This document shows, in pieces, positions 12,182-24,469 of a DNA stretch of 64,000 nt. The stretch's first letter is position 1, and every line of letters begins with the position of its first letter. Both the position numbers and the translations under genes were made by a program. Where the stretch lies: positions 85,190,001 through 85,254,000 of the forward strand of contig NC_087437.1 in assembly GCF_036321535.1 (NCBI RefSeq), written 5' to 3'. The notes beneath the pieces are model-generated. The model was not told where the DNA came from. It worked only from the letters and a program-made list of their open reading frames with translations, and did not search any database. The DNA comes from Camelus dromedarius. Taxonomy: Eukaryota.

Positions 12182-13480
12182 CTGTGTGCCAGGAACCATT
12201 ATAGGAAATAGCCCCTGAAAATGTGATTCTGGATGGTAATGAGGATCTCATAACTGGTTGCAAATGGAGGATTGACCTTGGAATGCTCTAGGAGTATAAT
12301 TGCTAAGATCTCATCTATGATCGCCTGGAATAGGATACAATAAAAAGAGGATGCATTGGCAGTGCAGTGTCAGATTTTTGAGATATGAGAGAAACAGCAG
12401 TCATAAGAACAGTAGAATTGTATGGCTATTGCTAAGTACCAATGATTAATCTGAGAAAGTGATAGTCTCAGATCCATTAATCAACAACTTAAAGCGATCT
12501 GTGAATATCAGAATGCCTTCTTTCTTGGCAGGTTTTTGAGACCCTTATCTCCTGCAGCTAGAGGGTGAAGATGGCTGGATGTCAGGCATAGGGCGTAATT
12601 GTATAATGGTAGAAATTTAGAGATGTCTGAATTCTCAGCCTAGGCACATCTGCTATGCCACAGTCAACACCATGACAGGAAAGGAGGAAGACATGAGATT
12701 TGGATAGATGTACCAGAATCCTCGAATGCCTAGGTGCCCATTATTAGAGGATTCCTACAATCCTTTGCTTAAAGATTATGAAGAGATCTTACCTGATGTG
12801 CTTTATTGGGAGAACAGTTCTTGCTCTTCTTAGGATCTTCCCTACCTCCTTTCATTGCCAGCAGACCAATAGTTACGGTCAAGTCTCTATGTAACCAAAC
12901 TGGGAGTCAAAAATTTAAGCATGCTGAATGAGATGTGTGTGTGTGTGTGTACTTTAAAACTGGATAATGGTTTTTGTTAGTATCTGAGCTCTTTCCTGTG
13001 ACTTGGGATTTAATGCACTAGAAGGATCCTTAGATCCAGTTCTGACACACTGCTGGAATTCACTCTGGCAACTAAGGAAGTAGCAGTGGCCCACATTAAG
13101 CAAAATGATGCTTGCAGAAGAGAGCAGAGGCAGAGAGTGGCGCAAGGGAACAAAGTCTTGGAGACACAGGAAACCATCTGCTGTGTGTGTTCCTAGACAA
13201 GACTGGTTAAACCTGCATTTACAATGGCTACAATGAAAACCTAGTTAAGAGGGGAACTGATATCATAAAGGGCCTTCATGATGGATGTTCTCTCTACAGT
13301 GATGCTGGCAATACTGTTGTGGAAATGGGCTCCCAGTTATATTTGGGGATAATAGGATTTCTGAGTGGAAGGAGATAGGTGGCAGTATTTCAGTTTTAGA
13401 GGCAAGGTGGGCATGATTTCATTTTTGGAAAACAGAGCCAAGAGGTCATGTCTGACCTTTAGGATCCTGCCTAACATCAC
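12182..13480 (+). mobile_element. ERVL-class internal remnant (leader/gag region)
   Basis: gtgccaggaacc..tggctattgctaagt..ttttgagacccttatctcctgcagctagaggg..ctgaattctcagcct..gggatttaatgcact; degenerate with no long ORF. Confidence 0.7.
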
Positions 13481-13589
13481 CTGAATCCCTTGGAACCATT
13501 TAATGGCAAAAGAACTGGAGAGCATATGACCATGAGTTCCACTGCTTCTACTACATCCTGTATTATGCAGATGCTGCTCTCCTGGTATA

Positions 13590-13820
13590 GCCCAGTTAAT
13601 GGTGCTGCTGGGGCACCAGCATGGAGATGATACCTTGCAAAGGTGGTGAATTGTGAAGGAATATACATGGAAAGGGATGCCCTGCATGACTCAGTATTTT
13701 GGCATTTGAGGTACAGAGGGGAAATAATAATTATAAAGATGTTGGAATTGATGTTCACAGTTAAGTGCTTTTGATACATTGAAGAGAGAAAATGACCAGC
13801 TCAGGTCAGTCAATTACTGA
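13590..13820 (+). mobile_element. Second ERVL-class gag-start fragment
   Basis: Resembles 12240-12490 (aatacatggaaagggatgcc..gagagaaaatgaccagctcaggtcagtcaatt). Confidence 0.5.
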
Positions 13821-14909
13821 TCCCTTCTTATTTTAGACACTGATCAGATGTTAATTCTCTAGAGAGAGCTTTCTTGATTACACAATAGTCACAGAGATTC
13901 ATCTCTCGGATCTGACTTCAAGAGATGCTAACATAGGTAACATAGCTAATTCACATTCTCTAGCTTAGCACATTGTACTTACTGGGTGTTCCTGAGGACA
14001 TGCTCCCCCCAAGGCCACTTCTAACCATGACTGAGCACAATAAGTGAACTGTAGAACCGAACTACTCTTACTTGGTGCAAGATTACCTTAACAGGACATA
14101 TTAAGCTATTTGGCATGAAACTGTAAAAAAAACTCAAGGATATCGCTGTAAGAAAGATGATTCTGTATGTATTTGTGACTGTATTTTCTCCAAGAAAGAA
14201 AAGGAGAAAGTGTATTGTATCTGAAATTTAATATTTCTTTTGAAAATTATAAGATTCACATAGTGAAGTCTCTCAGGTAAATTTGTTCAGACAAACCATT
14301 TGACCTCATGGCTTGTTCAACATGACACGAAAATAGAAAAGGTGATTAATTCTATATTGAGTCAGTGTGAAGTCCTGATGCATATCAATAACTTCTGTAT
14401 ATAAATTGAAAATGACATGGGCAAAGGGTTTGAGAAACTGAGAAAAAGTAGTATGTATTTGGCTATGTTAGATTCAAACAGAGCACAAAAAGGCATCCTA
14501 GTGATCATATCTGTCCACTCCAGTTAATCAGATTCATGGAATTGGCAGGGATTCGAAGTAGGCTTTCTAAAATATCATAGTAGTATTTATATATCTGCCC
14601 AAACCGAAGATACCAAAAACACTGATTTTTTCACAAATGGCCAAAACCATAATTTAGACAAAAATATTTTTCCAGAATTTACTTAATGTATAAGGATTAA
14701 TATATCTTTTAGAATAAAAAAATTAATATTTTTAAGAGTAGATTGAATGGCATCAGATCCTACTTTTCTTCCCCTTTGCTTTGCTCAAGTTGTTTCTCTT
14801 GCCTGGGATCTTCAGTTCTTCACATCTCCCACTTTCCTCTCCTCACTAATTACTACCTAGTCAAAAGCCTTATTCTTAAATAAATACATCTCTAGATTCA
14901 GAATTTTCC

Positions 14910-15140
14910 AGTAGAGGCCAGTTGTATGGTTGTCAAGAGTAATGGTTCTGTATCACTTAATACTGGATATAAGATTATGCTTGGTCACTTATAATTTGAC
15001 CTTGGAAAAGATTTTGAATTTCTTTAAGCCTATATTTGTCATTAGTAAAATGTTGCTAACAAGAGTGTTTGCTAGGAATACAAGAAAGTTTGCAAAATAT
15101 AAATCACATGTCTGGCAAATGGTTCAAGAAATACTGGCTA
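14910..15140 (+). mobile_element. MIR SINE relic
   Basis: ggtcacttataatttgaccttggaaaagattttgaatttctttaagcct..tagtaaaatg MIR core. Confidence 0.6.
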
Positions 15141-15994
15141 TTTTTATAAAAGTTATAAAATGTATTTATTTCAGTTTATATTCTTCAATATGAACATATT
15201 TACATGTGTGCCTTCTTCCCTATTTCTTCACTTCCCACTGAGTTTCTTATAAAACTACACCCCTTATTTCTGGCGTGCAGCACAGTAATCAATGTTGAGT
15301 GTGTGCTGGCCTCCTTCCCACTCATCTCTGCCTGGGCAAATCTTAACAATGAATTAAATTTGGGAAACTGGTTTGAATATTTAAGTGATGAATGAGTTGC
15401 TGGAAATGTTCGCAGAAATATTTACCAAGAATGAGAATTAATATCCTTTATCTCTCTGCTTCATCTAAAATGTTTAACATAGAAGGACATAATTAAGAAA
15501 TGGGATATAATTTTCAGTTATGTAAAAATATTATATAGAAAATTGTTAGTAAGTACAAGTAATTTATATTTTTAGTTTTCATTCATTTCTTGAGAAACAT
15601 GAAAAGTATGGTAGCACATTTGTCCCTTTGACTTAAATGATGATTTGTTGTTTCTAACAGGAAATGATACCATAATAATTAAAGTCCTCTTTAATAGGTG
15701 AAATATAAAAACTGCTTATGCTTTAAATGTTAATGTGCTCGCTAAAACGTCTTATTATAATACTATGTATTATGGCTAAAGTATGAATATAATGTTAAAA
15801 AAAATTCTACTGAAACTAATTGTTCATTACAACTACTATTGAAATGTTTCCCATTATAATGTGCAATATATATTAAAATCAAAGTGAGTTATTGTCTGGG
15901 AAAAAATATTTTGCCATCTAGTTACTCCTGTTTATAATGCTACTATATATCTAAAGATTCTCTTTTCAAAAAAAATACTGGAATTCTAATTTTC

Positions 15995-16389
15995 TTTTCA
16001 TTTTTTTAAGAGATGGACAGCCTAATTTGGTTTCTGCTTAATGGTCTCTTGAGCTTGGGGAACCCATTCTTCTCATCAGTGTAAGGGCTGGTTGTCTTTT
16101 TGCGATGACCTATTTGGATTTTGATGGGTTGAGGTGGAGTTGGGACTGGGAGAGTAACTTCTGCAGGCACAGTTGTTTTCCCCTCTATCTTTCTGAGGTT
16201 AGTTTTTTGAAGTATAATTAATTTACAATATGTGTTTGTTTCTGGTGTGTACAACAAAGTGATTCAGTAATACATATGTATGTATTTGTTTTTTCATATT
16301 CTTTTTTCATTATGGTTTTCTACAGGATATTGAATATGGTTCCCTGTGCTATACAGTAGGACCTTGTCATTTATCTATTTTATGTATAG
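15995..16389 (-). mobile_element. 5'-truncated LINE-1 3' end (about 16203-16389) plus about 195 bp of extra sequence, inside a 16-bp TSD
   Basis: TSD tggaattctaattttc (15979-15994) / tggaatcctaattttc (16390-16405); L1 part closely resembles 61160-61335; T tracts at 15995-16007 and 16203-16208. Confidence 0.8.
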
Positions 16390-16519
16390 TGGAATCCTAA
16401 TTTTCGTTAGAGTTAATAGGGAATGTTTATTATTCTCAAGTAGTAAAATCATATTGAAGGACCCACTTAAACATAGTAACTCAGTCCATTTCTGAAATTA
16501 GGTAATGTTGTTTTTGTAG

Positions 16520-16718
16520 TATTTTTTTTACATATTTTAATGAGAATTATATATATTTAAGGTATACAGTATGATTTGGTATGTGTATATATTCATAGTC
16601 CAATGATTACTACAGCCAAGCTAATTTATCTATCATCTCCTTACATAGTTACCATTTGTGTGTGTGTGATGAATGTACCTGAAATCTACTCTCAGCATAT
16701 TTCCAGTGTTCAGTACTA
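16520..16718 (-). mobile_element. LINE-1 3'-end fragment (L1MA-like)
   Basis: tatatatttaaggtatacagtatgattt..catagttaccatttgtgtgtg..aaatctactctcagcatatttcca. Confidence 0.75.
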
Positions 16719-18484
16719 ATGTTTTCAATTTCATCTTGCGTTAATTTTACTCGATGCTAAGATTTATTTTCCTATTTAAATATAATCATTTTGAGCATAC
16801 CTTTTTTCATATGAAGAACTAAGAATATTTTTGGTATGGGAATACAGTTGTTACAGGCAACACTGTTACCTATAGTGCTTTGTGTTGACTATAATATATA
16901 AAGATGTATAATATATGGCTCTTTTGACCTTTACTCCTACTTCTTAGAAAAATATTAAGTCACAAAATGTTTTAATTAAATGGCTTTTATATACTGCACC
17001 TTCAAGTAAGGTCCATGGGTAGGATAGAATCCTGTCAACACAATCAAACATTAAAATTCAAACAACTTTATACAACCTTATGTTAAGTTCACACCTCTAC
17101 CAATCAAAATAGACTCTAGTGTAATGAGAGGAATAGGATAAATTAATAGACCCATGCTCTATAATGAAAATACTATCCATTGTTAAATATATGTGTAAAT
17201 AAAATCAATAACAATTAAATAATATTAAATAACCTTTGACAATTTCTAGTTTCTTCTTACTAAAACACTGGTGATAAATATTAATCATGTCACTGAGAAC
17301 TTTTTCTTCACCAATCAGGATAATGATCATGTTGAATAAGTTCTTATCTTCATTGATTTAGTTTGTCTTCTAATGTCTCTTCTTAGCACATACAGCTGTT
17401 CGAAAGCTTTAAGTAACCAATATTTAAAGCTCAGTTTCTAGGAAAATGCCTGCTTCCTTTCAGCATCCTCAATGATTTCTGTCTATTGCAGAGCTTTGTA
17501 TACCCACTCTAAACTCACTTTGTATGGATTGATCTTTTTGTTTGTTCATCTGTTTCTTGTGTCGCCACCATAAGATCAGAGTGTATCGGGAAGCTGTAGG
17601 ACAGAAAATTGATTCAGAAATTTTTTAAGGTAGAAGCATCAGTATCTGCTTAGAGTGGGGCTAGAAACTTTTCTCTCATTTGCTGGTACTGTGGAATTTC
17701 TCATATAACAATATTTGATAACCATTTTCCATAGTAGTTGTTGTTTTGCTGTTTAATTAGATAAAGCCAAATATCATGTAATATTATTTGTCACTGTTTA
17801 TGCATTTTCTAAGATGTCAGAACATACTGGACACTTGCATGCTTCTGTGCACCAGGAGTTAGCCTTAAACTTAATTAAGATGTTTTTCTTATTTGCGTTT
17901 AGTAATTCAGTGTTGCCATGGCAGAAAAGATGAAAAGGCAAAATCAGAAGCTATTTTCTACTGTTACCAATTTTCAATCTTTGTTGTCTAAGTATCTTTT
18001 TTTTTCTAAATCCCTAAATTTATGCCACATGGCAACAATTTCTATCAACACAGCCATTAATCCATACCATGGTTTCTGAGTAAAAATGAATAAATTAATA
18101 AATAAATCTGCGTTGTAAAATGTTACTCTGACTTTATGCTTTGAAACATACATTTTCAGTAATGACTGCACTCTAAAAGAAAGACTGCACTCTGAAGAAG
18201 AAAGACAATCATAATTTCTCAAATGTCAGTTCTATTCTTGTTTAACGATTACTTTCACTGACAGAAAAACTACTTTATTGAACTCTGAAATGTAGTCAAC
18301 TTTTTTTTTTTTTTAAATTCATGGTGGGTGGGGAATCTAACAGATATACAGAGCACTTCTCTTAGAAACAGGACTATTTCTTTTAAAGAATTTCTTTTCC
18401 TGTGAAGTTGTTTTTATTTACAATATTATGAAGAGTTTAGGAAGTTGCTCATTTCTTTTAAATCAGACTATAAATATCTTTCCA

Positions 18485-19100
18485 TTTTTTGGTGTTAAAA
18501 TACACAAAACGTAAAATTTCCTATCTTAACAATTTTAAAGTGTACAGTTCACTGCTGTTAGGTACATTCATATTGTTGTGCAACCATCACCACCCTTCTT
18601 CTCCAAAACTCTTTTCCTCTTGCAAAAACTAAAATGCTGTATCCACTGAACAGTAACTCTCCTCCATCCCTTTCCCTCCCCTCATCTAAATCAACCACCG
18701 TTTTCCTTTTCCTTTTTTTCAGTCTTCCCTTTACCCCCACACTCCAACCTCTAGGTAAACACTATTTTACTCTCTACTCTGTTACGATGAGTGTGACTCA
18801 TTTTTTTTTAAATTGATGCCATATGTAAGTGAGAATACGCAATATTTGTCTTTCTGTATCAGGCTTATTTCACTTAGCATAATGTCCTGAAGTTTCACCC
18901 ATGTTGTCACAAATTGCAGAATTTCTTATGTTTAAAGTCTGAATAATATTCCTACATGTGTCTGTGTCTGCGTGTATGTGCACAAATGGACATTTAGATT
19001 GTTTTATTTCTTGGCTATTGTGAATAATGCTGCAGTGAACATGGGAGTGCAGATATCTCTTCAAGGTAGTGATTTCATTTCCTTCGGTATATACCCAGAT
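18485..19100 (-). mobile_element. LINE-1 3' end (L1MB-like)
   Basis: ttttaaagtgtacagttca..tacattcatattgttgtgcaaccatcacc..gctattgtgaataatgctgcagtgaacatgggagtgcagatatctctt. Confidence 0.9.
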
Positions 19101-19629
19101 TGATTGCCTTAGGTTGAAAGATTTCATAAGAAGAGAGTTTATTTAGAAACTGTTCTGAGCACTGATAATATTTTGTACATACACATATACACGCACACAC
19201 ATCAGTGTGTATATTCATGTATATACATATTTTGGAATGCATTAGATTTATTTAAATATAGAATGTAAGAAAGCAGTGTGCTAATGTATGTGCAGTTAAC
19301 CATTTAGGTCCATTTGAATGTAAAATGTTTCAATAAATGTCATTTTACATTTTATAGTTTTATATTGAGACCATCAAAATAGCATTTTAAACAATGATAG
19401 AATATTATTTGTTTAGAAATAATAGCTGTGGTTCAAGGTCTTTGCAGTATTTCTTGGGAAAACAATTACCTTCTGTTAAAAATGTATATAATCTTTCTAG
19501 ACTTTCATGAGATCCCTAAATACATTTTTAAAACTCTTGAAGACAAAAAAAAAAAAAGCATTTTAGGTGAATTTTGATATTATTTAGTTATTAAAATATT
19601 TGTAAAACTATCAATTTTATTTGAAATTA

Positions 19630-19921
19630 CAGTTGACCATTGAAATAACGTGGAGGTTTAGGGGCCAACACCCCCGCCCCAATCAAAACTCTGAGTAAAG
19701 TACAGTACTCCATCAGTATCCATGAGGTTATTGATTTCAGAACCTGCTGTGGACACCAAATCTATAAATGTTCAAGTCTCATGGTTAGCCCTCCGTATCC
19801 AAGATTCCACATCCATGAATTCAACCAACCACAGATCCTGTAGTACTAAAATTACTGGAAACAAGAAATAATCCTAAGTGGACCAGGGCAGTTTAAATCC
19901 ATGTTGTTCAAGAGTCAACTG
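19630..19921. mobile_element. Tigger2/MER8-type non-autonomous DNA transposon (TcMar-Tigger MITE)
   Basis: Terminal inverted repeats CAGTTGACCATTGAA / TTCAAGAGTCAACTG; TA on the left, CA on the right. Confidence 0.85.
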
Positions 19922-20479
19922 CAGCTGAAGTTATCTTTATTTTTAACCCAAACATTCTTTTGACAACTGCACCAGTCAAGTATAGGAGTTGGATAATGGG
20001 GAAGACAAAACTGCTCCACATCCTCATATTGTCATTTCTTTCTACATCTCTGGAAAAATAAAAGTCAGAAGTCTGCATAGTGAAAGTAGGACATTCTGCA
20101 GAACATTGAAGAACAATTTATAACTTTTAAGATCAAACCAGGAGAGAAAATGCTAGAAATAGTTTATGATGGTATTAAAATTGGCCTCAAGTGAAAATAA
20201 AACATTGGTTTATAAACAGAAGAATATATTAAAGAAGTGATAAAGATAAAAGCTGTAGCATGCTTTTAAAATTATCAATATTTCTGTTAAGATTTATGTA
20301 CAGTTACTGACTTGAAATGTGACTAGAGGAATTGATGCTTTGATTTGTGTCAAAAAGAGAGGAAAAATGCCATTTATGTAGTGTTTGTATTTTTTTTTAA
20401 AAAAGCAATGTTTATTTAGTCAAAGATGCTAATATTCATAGCATATGAAGGCCAAGTCTAAAACGGACATCTGCTTGTT

Positions 20480-20890
20480 TTATTTTGGTGTTTACCTGGA
20501 ACCTCTGATCCTTCCTTCTGATAAGAATCACTTCCACCACATGGGTCATGTATAATCAAAGTACCCTTTCCTTTTGACCACAGAGATTGTAAGTTAATCA
20601 AACCGGAGTTGTTTCTGAGGAGTTCTACAATTTCAGGGAAGAGAAGCCCTACATTATAAAGTTGCTATTTGAAACAAATGTTAAGTTGGGCTGACAATGG
20701 CTATGATGCTTGCTACACTGAGTTTATCTGAGAGATGGAGAGAGGGACCCCCAGATGATGTTGCTTGAATCTATGTATCCACCTGTGTTTAAAATTAGTT
20801 TTGCATTGGATGTTTTAATTATGTGAGAGAATAAATTTCAACTTTCACTTAAAGTATGTTGACTTAAAATTCTCCAGTTGCAATTGGAAA
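20480..20890. mobile_element. Ancient MaLR LTR (MLT1-like) relic
   Basis: ttgcttgaatctatgtatccacctgtg..ttatgtgagagaataaattt..ccagttgcaattggaaa resembles an old MLT1 3' part. Confidence 0.4.
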
Positions 20891-22439
20891 AATATCAATT
20901 CGCAAGTTAAATAAACCCAGCTAGAAACATTCCTTTCTGTTTAAGGAAAATACCACCTCACAGAACATTGCCTGTAATTTTTTGAGGGCTCCATATTCTC
21001 AGCAATATTTATAAAGTCCTTATTTAAATAGTTATGGACCTGGGTTCTGCTTATTTTGGATTGAATTTTTTTTTCTTGTCTTGACAAGATTCTGGCTAGT
21101 TTTGCCATAGTATTTAATGCTAAGATGGTGTCCATGTAGCAGAATCAGTGTGAGAATCTGATTTCTCATACTGATTTCTCAGATAGAATCAATTTATTGG
21201 CAAAATTTTCTTATATTTTGTATTTTTAATGCCTCAGCCTCATAATTTGTGTTGCTTTTATACATGGTCCCTGCTGAGTCCCTGATTCCCATTGCTTATT
21301 CCACCAGGAAGAATGGCATTTTTTATATACAAAGAATTGTTGCTTTCTCACAAAGATCATTTTTTCAATCTGCTCTGTCATTACTATGTAGTTTTGATAT
21401 GAGTAGTATCTTCAAGACTAACAACAAAAATATCCCCATCAAGGAAAACTGTACCATATGCTACTTTTTATAGAAGACAATAAAATTTGTCTATGATTTT
21501 ATAAGAATTTGATATCATTAAATTATTCCATGTAAAATGTCATAAGGCTGCAAATATTCAACAACTGTTACAAAATTACCATGATAAGTTGACATTTTTA
21601 TGTATCATGTCAAGGAATAATTATAGTAAATTTATATATAGGTCTTAGGTGTTTAAACTTAGCTATGTCTGCAATGCTAAAAAGACTCTAGGAAGATGAA
21701 ATAGGAAAGTAGAAGATGATAACATCATCTAAATACTTTAAAAAAGATTCAGAGAAAATGAATAATGAAAAGCAGAGGGAAAAAGGTGACAATAAAAATA
21801 TGAAAGAACTGAAGCTACTAAAGTTACTATGGAGACTGAAGTGCATGTGGAATTACTGAAGCCCAGAGTAATGACTGTAAGCAAGGCAAAAAGTTAGGGG
21901 ATTTACTCAAAAGGAATCACTTGGGACACTTAAACTGGCTTATTAAAAAAAATCCTCTTTGAACTTCAATGCTGCAGAAAGGAGAAAGGAATGGCAATAA
22001 CAATGATTCTAGTCAATGAAAACAGTCTAAGATAATTATGAAAAATAGCTCAAAGTAAGCACTGAAAAATGTTGAGAGTCTGAATGACCCACAGAATTAA
22101 TATAAAGGTTTGGAGATTTTAAATAAATTTATTATATGTTTCTATCATTGTACTTCAATACTGTGATGAAATGTTTTTAGTCCTTTGGAAAATAAGTGCT
22201 TACTGAGGAAACTGTGTGCATTATTCTTGTTACACTATTTAAAATGCATGTTTTATAATAAAGTTATTAGGTTAAGGGTTATTCAGTGGCAGTAGAATCT
22301 CTTATTATTCCCTTAATATTTAAAGGCAAATTGATATAATTCTGTATGGGACCTTAAATATTTATTTAATATGCTTCGATAGGGGCTTTTGTTTTTGAAA
22401 AAAGACCTAAGTAGTCATTTTTCTATGCTAGATAAATTA

Positions 22440-22975
22440 GTGTTATTCATTATTTAAAAATCATGAACTAAGTACCTATTGAGTGAAGGTAAAATGTGCT
22501 TTGAAATACTAGGGAAAAAAGAAACTAGTTATGTTTTTGTTTTTTTCAGAAAGTTTATGAGAGAGTACATGTATTACATGGCCAGAGAAATTATAACACA
22601 AGGTAGAAAACAGTAAGTACCTATTAGAAAGGTTTTCTTTTTTTAATGTTAATGATTTCCAAAGTAAGATGATTTATATGAATGAGACTCAGGGAGACTT
22701 CTTAAAGGAAAGGCTTTGGAACTTGTTTTTAAAATATGGATGGACTATCAAAGTATGAGATAATAAACTCAAATCAGGCAGAGGAAATACTCTGGATCAT
22801 TACACAAAGGCAGTGAAAATGTAGCACATTTTGGAAAATGATGATTATATCACGTAGGAATTGGGCTATAGCTTCTGAAGTTAAGTAATAAGATGAATAG
22901 CTTAAAGGTGTTCAGATTTTGAATGGTCTTAAGTACTGGTCTAAGAGGATTTGTATATCATTTGTCAGTGCAAAT
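22440..22975 (-). mobile_element. L2 LINE relic
   Basis: cagggagacttcttaaaggaa..caggcagaggaaatac..caaaggcagtga..ctaagaggatttgtatatcatt. Confidence 0.5.
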
Positions 22976-23421
22976 ACAGATTACTTTACAGTGTATATAC
23001 AGATTTTAGTCTATATATGACATTAACATATTTGTAGTATATATAGTACAAATACAGACTTTTAACGTCATTGTATATTTTCCAGAACTACTGTATGCAC
23101 TTTCTCCTGGGGTAAGAAACTGATTTTTAATTTGCAATATCAAAAAGAACTAAATTATCAAGAAGAATAGTTAAAAATATCAATAAGAACTGAAGATTAA
23201 ATAAATTCTGAGATGTTACTGTGATAACACACTTTTCTTGTATTCTTTTTTAATTATCATAGAAAAGAGGATAAGACAATGTGTAAATCATAACTTGCTA
23301 CAAGCACGCTAATTTTGAGGAAGCTGCAGGAGAAAGTTCTAACTAAGCAGTCTGATGCTTTTAGCCAAATAAGTGAACTCATTCATTATTACAGTAGCTG
23401 ATTTAAAAAAAAAAATTATAG

Positions 23422-23597
23422 CAATAGTTCTCAATCCTGATTGCACACTGGAACAATTTGGAGAACTTATAAGATCCAGTGGCCAAACTACATCCCAGAC
23501 AAATTATGTAATATTCTGGAAATAGAACCAAAGTATGAGTATTTTCTAAAGCTCCTCAAGTGATTTCAATGTCAAGTCAAATCTGGAAAGTACTAAT
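23422..23597. mobile_element. MER5A-like hAT-Charlie MITE
   Basis: caatagttctcaatcctgattgcacactggaacaatttggagaactt..aagctcctcaagtgattt..gaaagtact. Confidence 0.7.
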
Positions 23598-24469
23598 TTT
23601 CAGGACAAGTTACCCAAAAAAGTGGTCTATCACAAGCATAGTTTTCCATGTGTGCTTATCATGTCTTATTTTCCTTTATGAATAGTAAACAACAGTTAAG
23701 CAAGTACCCAAATAGTAACATAAGTTATTTAGTATTTTTCATCATATACTTGGTTCCCTGAATGTTAATATACTGTAACATATTTTCTTTATGCTCTATA
23801 TATTTGAAGCAAAATGAAGTCCTCTCCCATTTTTTTTTTAATATGGCGTGTCCTTTCAAAGGAATGCGTCTCAGTATGGTTCTCTTGTGTGCTCTACCCT
23901 TTTGCAAATATGTAGTCTCACAAGTAGTTACATTACAAATGACACTACATTGGAAAGGCAACATAAGCTTCATTTCTTAAATTTACTAAATCCACTTTAT
24001 TTCAGTTAAAGTATGAATTGAAATTTAATTTTAACGAAAATTAATCAGAATTTTGTGATTATTTTCATTGCATCCACAAACAACATTAAATTATTTATTT
24101 CCTGGCCTAAGTTTCTATGTGTTTTGCAAGAGAGATTCCTTTATTTACTTCTCTTCTCTAATATCAAATTGATTTTATTCCAATTTTAATGCTGTCAAAT
24201 GTTTTGCTTATTATGCTTACACATCATACAAATTGAAAATAACTGATTTGTTTGCCTGTGATTCAACAGCCTGGTCGCATGTTACATGTACACATTCACA
24301 TTAATATTATACATATGTGTATACATACTATATATATAGTAGTACATATATGTATATGTTATGCATAATAATATACATATTACTGTTATATATAATATAT
24401 ATACACAACCCATAGATAAATATATTCCTATATTAGTCCCCACATAGGTTTCTTTTATTTTTTAACTGT

